Positions 1 through 9,350 of a stretch of 64,000 nucleotides of DNA are shown here, in pieces (positions within the stretch are counted from its first letter, which is position 1; each line of letters opens with the position of its first letter). Below the pieces are notes generated by a model. That model was not told where the DNA came from, did not search any database, and saw nothing but the letters and a program-made list of their open reading frames with translations. Source of the DNA: Macrostomum lignano (Eukaryota); the NCBI GenBank assembly GCA_002269645.1, contig NIVC01000867.1, positions 62,001 to 126,000 of the forward strand. The letters are read 5' to 3'. The translations under genes were made by a program, and so were the position numbers.

Positions 1-8
1 GAATTTGG

Positions 9-785
9 TTGACTGCATTCGATCAAAGGTGTGATCAGGAAGGAATAGATCAGGAGCACAGGAAAACTGAACTTCTAGCTAACCTAGATCTATCGACTGC
101 GTTTGCAGCAGTGCAGCGATTAAATTTACCCGAGGATTTGACGTATGAGGAATTTAAGGAGAGATTGGTGGAAAGATTTGGCCGGATTGGTAGCTCATCT
201 GAGTGCAGAGAAGAGTTTAGAGGTAGGATGCAGGGTAGAAACGAGGCAACCGACGTGTTCGCCGATGCTTTGATCGAACTAGCAGCTAGGGCGTTCCCAA
301 ATATGAACGCAGAACAGCGTGAAGAGGAAGTAATCGAGCAATTTATCAAGGGAGTAAGAATTTCCTCCGATACCCGGGAGAAACTCATTTTTGCTCAGCC
401 CACTAGCCTGCAGGAGGCCAGACGCATGCTTAGGAGAATAGAAGCAGCCTGGCATATGTCGCATAAGAACGGTGTCAGAGTCGTGAGAGACGAAGATGAT
501 GAGAAGAGCAAGTTAGAAAAGCTAATTAAGCAGCAGAAATCTGAGCTCGAAGAGCAGAAGAAGCTAATTCAGGAACTGCAAGCTGAAAAGCAGCAGCCGC
601 CAGTTACTCAGACTAGGCCGCAATACTATCAGCCAAGAGTTCAGGCGTTCCAGCCACAGCTTCGCCCGCTGATGCAGCAGCAGATAAGGAGGCAGATCCC
701 GTGGAAGCCAACACAGAATGTAGTGCGACCTGGCTTTAACAACCAGAGTCGATTCCCTGCCCGCAACCCCAATCAGGGAAACTAG
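9..785 (+). CDS. gag: Retrotransposon Gag, C-terminal part (frame open to the window edge)
   Basis: Retrotransposon capsid-like motif (FRGRMQGRNEATDVFADALIELAARAFP...EQFIKG), coiled coil, Q/P/R-rich tail; directly upstream of pol. Confidence 0.85.
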   Translation: MTAFDQRCDQEGIDQEHRKTELLANLDLSTAFAAVQRLNLPEDLTYEEFKERLVERFGRIGSSSECREEFRGRMQGRNEATDVFADALIELAARAFPNMNAEQREEEVIEQFIKGVRISSDTREKLIFAQPTSLQEARRMLRRIEAAWHMSHKNGVRVVRDEDDEKSKLEKLIKQQKSELEEQKKLIQELQAEKQQPPVTQTRPQYYQPRVQAFQPQLRPLMQQQIRRQIPWKPTQNVVRPGFNNQSRFPARNPNQGN

Positions 786-822
786 GATTCGAGGGTCGAT
801 ATTCGAGGCCACGTCCCTCTAG
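776..822 (+). promoter_or_regulatory. -1 programmed ribosomal frameshift site, G GGA AAC plus downstream stem
   Basis: X XXY YYZ heptamer at 776-782 in gag frame, immediately before the gag TAG (783-785); the -1 frame is open from 782 into the pol ORF; GAGGG(791-795)/CCCTC(815-819) can pair. Confidence 0.8.
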
Positions 823-3800
823 GAAACCCCAAAGCGAAGCTCAGGCCTCTCATTTCTCCCGCAAACCCGTTTTCAACCCACTCCCTGGAGGATGGCGACA
901 AGTCCCATTTTCCAGGAATTCAATGCGTAATGCACCAATGCGTAATGCACCAACGCGTAATGCACCCATGTATAGAGCACCAATGCGTAATGCACCTGTA
1001 AACAGCGCGTCTCCCATCGCGCTATCTCCTAATATGTTTGAGTTATTGGCGTCAGAGCCCAGTGAGTCAGATGCAAAAGCATCAGCATCCGAGTTGACAA
1101 AGTCCCCAGTGACTAAGCCAGCAAATGCAAAGCAGAAGGCGAGAAAATCTCGCAAAGCGAAATATCGAGAAGCTAAGAAAGCAGCTGAGAAAGCAAAAGT
1201 TGAATTGATAAGCGAGAAAAGTAGCGAAGCAATTGTCTTTGGAGACGTTGAAGGTCAAGAAATTGACTTCTTGCTTGACACCGGAGCCGGAAACTGCTTC
1301 CTGAGCAAGTCAGTATGGTCCAAGGTGATCAAGACAGAGCAAATCAGAGAAACCAATAAGAGAGTTACCACATTTGATGGTTCCTCAGTGCAGCTAGAAG
1401 GAGAAGCTAGTGTGTCTGTAACCTTTGGAGATATTCAAATTAATATTAGCTTTTTGCTGTGCAGCTATGAATGTGATAACATTCTTGGCATGGACTTCTT
1501 CCTTTCTCACTGCAAAAGCATTGATTTAGATAATGGCATGCTTGTACTAAAGAGAGGCCTCTGTGTGCCTATGCAGTACACCCGCCAAGCAGTTAGAATT
1601 TGCCGAGTTTATACTCGAGAAAAGGCAGTAGTACCTGCTAATAGTGCATTGAGAGTTCCCATTAGGCTAGCGAAAGACCATGAGCTCAATCATGGCACTC
1701 CTATGACAGTAGAAGTGATCGGAGAAGGCGTGAGAGCCAAGGAATTGACAGTAGAGATGGTTCCGACATTGGTCACCATGAGAGACGGCAGTGCCATCGT
1801 GGAGATCGTGAATCGACACTCTGTCGACGTGAGACTGCCGAAGTCGACATTGATTGGTCTGGCCAAGCCCATGAGAGCCAAGGACCTCGTCTACTGGTCA
1901 GCATCGCCTTCCGCCGCCGAATCAGCTTCGCCGACAATTGCCGAAGATGCCGCACAACCCGCCGGACGTGTCTATCAAGCTCAGGCAACTGAAGATGCTT
2001 GGGTGAGCGAAATTAGTATTGGTGCCAATTTATCTGAAAGTCAGCGAAAAGCAGTAATTGATCTCGTGAGAGAGAATAGAGAAGCATTTTCCCAGCATGA
2101 TTTAGACATGGGATTGACTCATCTAGTCACTCATGAAATTTCCCTGAAGGACGAGACCCCTGTTAGAATCCCTACCCGCCGCATCCCCCCTCATCTCCAA
2201 AAGCAAGTCGACGCCCAGCTAGACGACATGCTAGCCAAGAATCTCATTCGCCCCTGCTATTCTACCTATTCTACCCCATTAGTCATTGTGCCAAAGAAGG
2301 ATGGCACCATCCGAATAGTGAGTGATTTCCGAGTGCTCAACTCTAGAGTTAACTATTTTCCCTATCCCCTCCCCAATATTCAAGAAACTTTTTCTAATCT
2401 TACTGGCAGTAGGTACTTTAGTAGTTTAGATCTTAACTCAGGTTATTGGCAAGTGCCTATAAAGGAAGAGCATAAGTTCATGACCGCGTTCTCTACTCTG
2501 ACGCGAGGACAGTTTGAGTACCAGGTTATGGCGCAAGGGTTATCCAACGCGCCCGGTACATTTCAAAGACTGATGAACTTAGTGCTAGCCGGAATCCAGC
2601 ATAAGTTTGCAATGTCGTATATTGACGATATAGTTACTTACTCGAAGCAATTTGAGGAGCATTTATCCCATCTAAGAGAGGTGTTTCAGAGATTGATCAC
2701 CGCAGGTTTAAAGTTGAGAGCGAAAAAGTGCAACTTATTTCACTCTGAACTCAAGTATCTAGGCCATGTGATAGGCAGAGATGGCATTCGCACAGACGAA
2801 GCCAAGATTGAAGCCATTAGGACCTGGCCAAAGCCAAAGGAAGTAAAGGAATTAAGAAGCTTTTTAGGATTGTGCAACTACTACAGCAGATTTGTCAAAA
2901 ATTATGCTGAAGTAGCGCATCCTCTTTTCCAGTTGACTCGTAAGGGAGTTCAAAACTTCCAAGCAAAATGGACAGCAAAGCATGATGAAGCGTTTGAGCT
3001 ATTGAAAACCCGTATGATGAGTACTGACGTGTTAGCATACCCTGAGTTCATAGATGATGAGAAGGTGAAGATGGTTCTCGATGTAGACGCCAGTGATGGA
3101 CGCATAGGTGCCTGTTTGGGACAAATCCAATCAGACGGTGTCGAGAGACCAATCGCCTACTTTAGTCGCGCTATGAAGGAGTCAGAAAAACGCTATCCCA
3201 TAACTCGCAAGGAGTTGCTAGCTCTAGTAGATGCCATGAGGCATTTCCGCTTCTATCTAATAGGAAAGAAATTTCTAGCTAGGACCGACCATAAGGCTAT
3301 ACTTTGGTTATTAAGGCAGACAGAAGCCCAGGGCATTTTAGGCAGATGGATTGAGCGCCTCAACGAGTTTCAATTTGAAATCGAGCATAGGAGTGGCGCG
3401 AAACATTCAAATGCCGATAGCTTGTCCCGAAGGCCAGCCGAGGCTGCCCAGCCAGATTGTAAAGCCAATGAGAAGGCGGAAGCCGAGAAGAAGAGTCGAG
3501 AGATAAGCAAAATCACCAGCAAAGGCGTAAGAGCCGAAGTGAACCAAGAGATAAGAACTGATAAAGAGGAGTTTATCCCCAGCGAACGCGTGTGTGCAAA
3601 GCAGAACCAGAATGGGAAGGCTAAGGACAGCATGAGCGATCTGACCCAGCCCCCCACTGAGCTGAGAGGAGAGACCAACCCCCCTGAGCCACAGAGGAAT
3701 AAAATAGTCTCTGGTGAGAAGAGTGTAAGGATTGACAGTGTGAAAACACAGAGCTCCTGCATTATGCAATCGAGCAGAGTCACCCCACAATCTGAGCACA

Positions 3801-4183
3801 GTGAGGAGTATGGCACGCTGAAGGTTGGAGCATTATTAGTTGACTTCCTACCCAACCCCCTGCGGAGAGAGCAGATCGTTAATGCCCAGCGAGAAGACCC
3901 CAATATTCGCACTTTGCTAAATTGCAAACTCGAAGAAAAGGAACCCCCCGCCGAGCAGAAGAGCATTAGCTCAGAATTAAGGCAGTTGAGCAAATTTTAC
4001 GAGAAAATGAAAATCGAAAGCGATATGCTTGTTATTGAAGAAGAAGGAGTAAGCAAAATTGTGTTGCCAGTGTCGCTGGACAAATTAGTGCTGGCTGATC
4101 TACACGATAGCCCACTAGCAGGACACTTGGGTCGTGACAAGACAGTGCAAAGAGTTAGGGAGAGTTTTGGAGACCTGGCTTAG
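782..4183 (+). CDS. pol: Pol: aspartic protease, reverse transcriptase, RNase H, start of integrase Zn finger
   Basis: FLLDTGA; TPLVIVPKKDG; DLNSGYWQ; YIDD; LDVDAS; ELLALV; RTDHKA; HSNADSLSR; LHDSPLAGHLG. The frame is open upstream of the listed ATG at 923. Confidence 0.95.
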   Translation, partial: LGFEGRYSRPRPSRKPQSEAQASHFSRKPVFNPLPGGWRQVPFSRNSMRNAPMRNAPTRNAPMYRAPMRNAPVNSASPIALSPNMFELLASEPSESDAKASASELTKSPVTKPANAKQKARKSRKAKYREAKKAAEKAKVELISEKSSEAIVFGDVEGQEIDFLLDTGAGNCFLSKSVWSKVIKTEQIRETNKRVTTFDGSSVQLEGEASVSVTFGDIQINISFLLCSYECDNILGMDFFLSHCKSIDLDNGMLVLKRGLCVPMQYTRQAVRICRVYTREKAVVPANSALRVPIRLAKDHELNHGTPMTVEVIGEGVRAKELTVEMVPTLVTMRDGSAIVEIVNRHSVDVRLPKSTLIGLAKPMRAKDLVYWSASPSAAESASPTIAEDAAQPAGRVYQAQATEDAWVSEISIGANLSESQRKAVIDLVRENREAFSQHDLDMGLTHLVTHEISLKDETPVRIPTRRIPPHLQKQVDAQLDDMLAKNLIRPCYSTYSTPLVIVPKKDGTIRIVSDFRVLNSRVNYFPYPLPNIQETFSNLTGSRYFSSLDLNSGYWQVPIKEEHKFMTAFSTLTRGQFEYQVMAQGLSNAPGTFQRLMNLVLAGIQHKFAMSYIDDIVTYSKQFEEHLSHLREVFQRLITAGLKLRAKKCNLFHSELKYLGHVIGRDGIRTDEAKIEAIRTWPKPKEVKELRSFLGLCNYYSRFVKNYAEVAHPLFQLTRKGVQNFQAKWTAKHDEAFELLKTRMMSTDVLAYPEFIDDEKVKMVLDVDASDGRIGACLGQIQSDGVERPIAYFSRAMKESEKRYPITRKELLALVDAMRHFRFYLIGKKFLARTDHKAILWLLRQTEAQGILGRWIERLNEFQFEIEHRSGAKHSNADSLSRRPAEAAQPDCKANEKAEAEKKSREISKITSKGVRAEVNQEIRTDKEEFIPSERVCAKQNQNGKAKDSMSDLTQPPTELRGETNPPEPQRNKIVSGEKSVRIDSVKTQSSCIMQSSRVTPQSEHSEEYGTLKVGALLVDFLPNPLRREQIVNAQREDPNIRTLLNCKLEEKEPPAEQKSISSELRQLSKFYEKMKIESDMLVIEEEGVSKIVLPVSLDKLVLADLHDSPLAGHLGRDKTVQRVRESFGDLA

Positions 4184-5574
4184 TGACAGCCATTGAGAAG
4201 TACATATCTGAGTGTATTCCGTGTTTGGAAAGCAAAAGAGGATGCCCTGTTCAGGCTCCAGTGCAGTCATTCCCAGTCAACGAGGCATTCCACCGCCTGC
4301 ATATTGATATCATAGGCCCCATTTCGAAAGAAAGCAAGAGAGGCCATAGATATGTGCTGACTGTAGTTGATAGCACTACCCGCTACCCATTCGCGTTCCC
4401 GATCCGTAATCAGAAGTCTGATACCGTGATCAAGATCTTACAGGAGCGAATTTTCAGCGAATATGGTCAATGCCATTGGATACATACTGACAATGGGAAA
4501 ACCTTCACAAGCAGACAGTTTAAAGCGTTTTGCGATTTGTACAATGTTAAACACACTTGTACCACCCCGTACCATGCCCAAAGTAATGGCTTGGTAGAGA
4601 GGTTTAACAAGCAAGTGAAATCCATCATTACCTGTTTAATTAAGAAGGACCATAGCAATTGGGATTTAATGATCCCAGCAGCGCTTGTTGCAGTGCGCAC
4701 TAGTGTGAATCAAACCACAGGCTATTCACCCCATTTCCTGTTATTCGGAAGGGAGCCAGTTTTGCCACTAGACAGTCAAATTCGCCAGCCAAAACAGTAC
4801 TCAGGCTATCCAGCCTATGTCGCAGATCATGCCGAAAGGCTAGAAATTGCCAGAAAAATCGTGAGAGATAAGCTCGAGAAAGTTGCTGATAATAGAAAGA
4901 ATATTGCTGAAACAGCCAAGCAGCCTAAGGAAGTACCAGTAGGGAGTTTAGCGCTAATAAATAACCCGCAGTTAGACAATGAGGAGTCTAACAAATTTCA
5001 CAGAAAGAAGAGAGCCGCCTATAGAGTGATTGAACAGATCTCAGATGTAGTGTTTAGAGTACAGAGAGAGGAAGATGGTGAGCTTGTAGGGAATAAATTA
5101 TTAGTGCATAGGGACAATTTAACACTAGTTCCTAATTCGACCGCGGAATTGCCAATTAAGGGAAGCCAGCAGGAGAGCCACCGGAAGAAAAATCAGTCAA
5201 GGAGGGAACCTAAAGCTAAGGGAAGCCACCCGCCGAGGAAGCATAAGGAGGTAGTGATTAGTGAAGAGTCTGAGTCTGACACTGAATCTGAAGATGAACG
5301 AGTGCAATGGCAATGCCAACTGAGAGAATCCGAAACGGAACCAGCAACTGAGAGCGAAGATGAGAGCCAAGAGTCAGAGAGTGCAGTAGAAGAAGAAGGA
5401 ATAATGAGCAATGCAGAAGACGCCAGAGAGAACAATGAGATTGAGCATGAGCACGAGGAAGCTAATTCAGAGAGGAGATACAATACACGCAGGCAGGTCA
5501 GGCCCCCCAAGTGCTATTGTTGCTTGAAGCGGCTGGCCACTGTGCTGTCTTTGTTGAACAATCTCAGTTTCTGA
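4183..5574 (+). CDS. Integrase (CC half of Zn finger, DDE core, acidic tail); continuation of pol across a 1-nt frameshift
   Basis: ECIPC, LHIDIIGP, HTDNG, NGLVERFN; adding one T to TTTT at 4165-4168 restores RVRESFWRPGLVTAIEKYISECIPC. Confidence 0.93.
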   Translation: MTAIEKYISECIPCLESKRGCPVQAPVQSFPVNEAFHRLHIDIIGPISKESKRGHRYVLTVVDSTTRYPFAFPIRNQKSDTVIKILQERIFSEYGQCHWIHTDNGKTFTSRQFKAFCDLYNVKHTCTTPYHAQSNGLVERFNKQVKSIITCLIKKDHSNWDLMIPAALVAVRTSVNQTTGYSPHFLLFGREPVLPLDSQIRQPKQYSGYPAYVADHAERLEIARKIVRDKLEKVADNRKNIAETAKQPKEVPVGSLALINNPQLDNEESNKFHRKKRAAYRVIEQISDVVFRVQREEDGELVGNKLLVHRDNLTLVPNSTAELPIKGSQQESHRKKNQSRREPKAKGSHPPRKHKEVVISEESESDTESEDERVQWQCQLRESETEPATESEDESQESESAVEEEGIMSNAEDARENNEIEHEHEEANSERRYNTRRQVRPPKCYCCLKRLATVLSLLNNLSF

Positions 5575-5612
5575 GTGGAGGAGAAGGAAGGAAGGAGAAG
5601 GAGGAGTGAGAG

Positions 5613-5844
5613 CCAATGAGAGGAGGCGTAGAAGTGAAGGGATTTCGAGGCCGTGGATAGGGGAGAGAGGCGAAGAGACCGACAGCCAATAAGGAAGAAT
5701 CATCAGCCAATGAGAGAAGACCTGCCATTTAAACAAATAATTGTTTGTTTGAATAAGCTTGAAACATGATACCCCCCAAAGTGGAATGTTTGTAAACCTA
5801 TATAAGCGAGATCCCTGACGCAATCAGTTCCTCATCCTCAACAG
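5613..5844 (+). promoter_or_regulatory. Candidate internal Pol II promoter and/or splice acceptor for ORF3
   Basis: CCAAT at 5613, 5686, 5707; TATATAA at 5799; Inr-like TCAGTT at 5824; pyrimidine tract plus CAG ending at 5844; ATG at 5900. Confidence 0.5.
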
Positions 5845-5899
5845 AGCAATAAGGCAGCAATTAAGTAGCAATAAAGAAGCAGTCAAGAGCAAATCCGTT

Positions 5900-7264
5900 A
5901 TGGATAAAGAAAACGAAGAGTTAAATATTTTAGCAGACGGTAGTGAATTTGACGATCTATTAAAAGAGCTTGAAGGGCCTTGGCCCATGCAGCAAGATGA
6001 GCAAACTGAGCAACCACAGCCAGAGCGTTCAGCGCAGCAAAACGAGCAAGAACAGCTAGCTGAGGCCCCGTCGCAGCCGCCTGCTACGCAGCAGCCTGCC
6101 CCGACGCTGGCACCGCCGTCAGAGCCATTACGGGAGCGTCAGCCAGCTGACCTGCCCGGGCCCTCGCAGCCACCGGAGCCCTCCACCAAGCCAAAGCGAC
6201 CTGCTGCGGAAACGGATCAGGGTACACAAGCAAAGAGGCCGGCCCCGTCAGGGCTGCCAGTGTCCCAGGATCCGGCAGCACGACAGGAGCTCGTTAGAGT
6301 AAAGTCGGTGCAGTCCGTGGTGGTAAAACCGACGGTTATGCAGAGGCACCCGGCTGGCGCGCGGCCCACACTGATGTTAGCTGCCCCGCCTCAGCAGCAG
6401 CGGCCGGCTCAGCGGTCGCAGCCTCGGCGTGTGGCGTCGCGAGCAGAAGTCCGACAGCAGCTGCCAGTGCACCGCAGGCTGGCTCCGCGGCCGCCGTCGC
6501 AGCAGCGCCAGCAGTCGCCGCCGCAGCGCCGCCACCAGTCTCCGCCGCGGCACCGTCAGCAGCCACCGCCGTCTCAGCACCGTCAGCAGCCACCGCCGTC
6601 TCAGCATCATCAGCAGCCACCGCCGTCTCAGCATCATCAGCAGCCACCGCCGTCTCAGCATCATCAGCAGCCACCGCCGTCTCAGCATCATCAGCAGCCA
6701 CCGCCGTCTCAGCATTATCAGCAGCCACCGCCGTCTCAGCATCATCAGCAGCCACCGCCGTCTCAGCATCATCAGCAGCCACCGCCGTCGCATCAGCAGC
6801 CGCCACCGCAGACTGCAGTGCCACCACAGGCGTCAACCTGCCGTGCAGCTGCAAGTTATTTGTTTGCCCCCGGCAACCAAGACATCCAAAGGCTTGCTGC
6901 GATGGGCGCCGACTTCAGCGCCATCATGGACGGTTTGTCGCCAGAACAGCAGGCAAGAATGAAGCGACTGATTGCTGCCCTGAAGGAATATCTAATGCGA
7001 ATCGGCCACTTGCGGTTGGACCGGCCGCTGCCACAGCGGGCCCAGGTCCGGCCAGCCTGCATTGTGCTTCGCCAAGAATTCACGCCTGAGCAAGCTGTCG
7101 CGGCTTGGCGCCGCGCCGTGAATTACGTACTTCATGACCTGAATGCGGCTGGCCAGCCGTACTTTCGCACGCTGCTTATCATCGAGATTAAGTGGCTCGC
7201 CGAGCAAGTCGGATGGCCTCTACGCGACCTTTTGCCGGACGAATTTAATCTGAATGATAATTAG
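5900..7264 (+). CDS. Accessory ORF3 of the Gypsy element, 454 aa: acidic N-terminus, P/Q-rich repeat, helical C-terminal domain; not env-like
   Basis: Intact ATG-TAG ORF, GC-rich against AT-rich flanks; frame-preserving 27-nt repeats (QHHQQPPPS); no signal peptide or TM segment visible. Confidence 0.8.
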   Translation: MDKENEELNILADGSEFDDLLKELEGPWPMQQDEQTEQPQPERSAQQNEQEQLAEAPSQPPATQQPAPTLAPPSEPLRERQPADLPGPSQPPEPSTKPKRPAAETDQGTQAKRPAPSGLPVSQDPAARQELVRVKSVQSVVVKPTVMQRHPAGARPTLMLAAPPQQQRPAQRSQPRRVASRAEVRQQLPVHRRLAPRPPSQQRQQSPPQRRHQSPPRHRQQPPPSQHRQQPPPSQHHQQPPPSQHHQQPPPSQHHQQPPPSQHHQQPPPSQHYQQPPPSQHHQQPPPSQHHQQPPPSHQQPPPQTAVPPQASTCRAAASYLFAPGNQDIQRLAAMGADFSAIMDGLSPEQQARMKRLIAALKEYLMRIGHLRLDRPLPQRAQVRPACIVLRQEFTPEQAVAAWRRAVNYVLHDLNAAGQPYFRTLLIIEIKWLAEQVGWPLRDLLPDEFNLNDN

Positions 7265-7617
7265 GTGACTATAATTGAACTGTCATGTACTGTTATTTTT
7301 TTCGCATTGCATGCATACCTATTTAGCCTTCACTAATTTTGCATGGATACCTATTTAGCCAAAATTTTTGTGTGCTCAACTTTGTGCAACTTTATATTTA
7401 GCCAAACATCTTTTTGTACGCTCAACTTCGTGCCATTTTAATAATAGCCAACCTTGCTCAATTCTTCCACTAACTATATTACTAATATTACCATGTTGTG
7501 TGCTGTTTTAATGTTTTAGTGTCAACCAATTTTATTTAGTGCCTACGTTTTGTGATTAAAAGCCCCCATTTGCACTTTAACTACACATTTATTCACTCAC
7601 TAGTTTATTCATAAATA

Positions 7618-8140
7618 TGTAGAAGGGAAGCCAGTTGAGGCAGGCCCAATATTTTTATACGTATACCATTTCGAATTTACGCCAAATTTCTTGGTTACGG
7701 AATTATTTTGTTATAGCGAAAAATAATTATTTTGTTTAAATTGATATTTTGTTTAACCACGTCCCGCGCACCCGTCCTCCCCCTCAGTAAACCTATAAAT
7801 ACAAGCGTTTTCGGGCTTTAAAAACTTCGCCCGCCGTTTCCTCGATTCGGTCAAGAAAAGCAAAACGTGTTGTCTTAGTCACTGGAAAGCAAGACAGGAG
7901 AAAAAGCTGTAAGAGGCCAGAAAAGCCGTAAGAGGCCAAGAAAGCTGTGAGAAGCCAGAAAAGCCGTAAGAGGCCAAGAAAAACTGTAAGAAGCCAGAAA
8001 AAGCCGTAAGAGGCCAGGAAAGCTGTGAGAAGCCAGAAATAGACGGTTGACGAGTCGGGCAACTCCTTCCCAGGGAGCCCGCAACTAAATATAAGGAATT
8101 AATAGTAGTAATAATAATAGTAGTGAGATTCATAATTACA
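7618..8140 (+). repeat. Candidate 3' LTR of the Gypsy element (limits uncertain)
   Basis: TGTA...TACA ends, TATAAA at 7794, short internal ~20-bp repeats (7900-8040), (TAA/TAG)-rich 3' end like the LTR at 11160-12346; no clean PPT precedes 7618. Confidence 0.45.
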
Positions 8141-8295
8141 TGTAGACCAGTGTTTGCCGCTCGACACTGCTACCAGGGCGCCTTGCATAGATTCAAGGAG
8201 TCCTTAGATTAGAATTCTAGACTTGATATTTTCTAAGAAGCAGCAATTGACTAAGCAATTTTATGGAGTAATAACTATCTTAATTTACAACAACT

Positions 8296-8363
8296 TGGTA
8301 ACAGCAGTGGGATTTTAGCAGACAGAAATATCCCCTGCGACAACTTGGTGACATCGGTAGGAT
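8296..8363 (+). other. Two tandem tRNA-Leu-type primer-binding-site-like sequences
   Basis: TGGTAACAGCAGTGGGAT (8296-8313) and TGGTGACATCGGTAGGAT (8346-8363), each preceded by ACAACT and resembling the tRNA-Leu PBS TGGTGGCAGCGGTGGGAT. Confidence 0.55.
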
Positions 8364-9350
8364 AGTCTACAATTTAGTTAAACACCCCCTGGTACATTAT
8401 TAAGTAGGAGCATCAATAAACAATTTTATTAGTAGTTGTTATCTACACTTTCTTTAGTCTGTGTAGGAACCATATAAAAAGCAATAGTCAAAAGGTAAAA
8501 AGGGCAATAGTCAAAAAGGTGATAGTCATAATAATTACAAGTTCATTACTTCAAATATATTATGCTTAGTTATAATTTGTGTTTGTCAAAATGTACATTT
8601 GTAAAAATGATTTTGGTAAAATATACAAGTTGTTATTGTCACAATGTTTATTTAAGATTTAAATAAGCATTTTAATACAAGTACTATTAATGCACTTAGT
8701 CTTAAGTATCAAAAATTAGAAAACCTTGATTTCCTTTTTAAAAAAAATTATGAGGCAGGTTTTTCCAAAAATATATTATGAAGATATCAAGTTTTTATTT
8801 GTATTGCAGCACAAAAATTGTTATTACTTTTGATATAAAACAAAGATTCAATGTTTATCTTTTGTTATATTCTGCTTTTCTTTTAGCTCTATTGATATTT
8901 ATAAAGCTTTTCAACAATATTCAGTTAAGAATCAAAATTCAAATATTCTTTATTGCTAGGGCCTACTTGTATATTTAAAAAAAATAATGAATTTACTCAT
9001 AAGTCTAGGTCTAGGTTTAACATATATATTTTAATTTGCTAGCAAACTTGTAATTCTAATAAATATATTGTGATTGTTAGTTTGTTGCTCTTTTGACTAT
9101 CACCATTTTGACTAAATTGCCATTTTAATCAATTGCCTTTTTGACCTATAGCTACCTATGCTATGGTCTATGTTTTGTCTTTAGTTCTATTGAAAATTAG
9201 AAATTCAACTATGAAAAGTTTTTTTATTTTCAACTGATAGCTAAGTCTAGTTCTTATTATTTAATATTAATACAAATTTTTAATCTTTATTCTTGATTAT
9301 AGGCCGAGTTTTATTTTGAGTTTTTTATTTTATAGATGTATTTCAAAGTA

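Larger units (their letters stand above)
1..8140 (+). mobile_element. Ty3/Gypsy LTR retrotransposon (5' end outside window; 3' limit approximate)
   Basis: gag-like ORF followed by pol with domain order PR (LLDTGA), RT (YIDD), RNase H, integrase, which defines Ty3/Gypsy; extra ORF and LTR-like 3' region follow. Confidence 0.95.

Noticed and set aside
6084-6962. Alternative-frame and antisense ORFs overlapping ORF3
   Set aside because: By-products of the GC-rich 27-nt repeat; no independent start context
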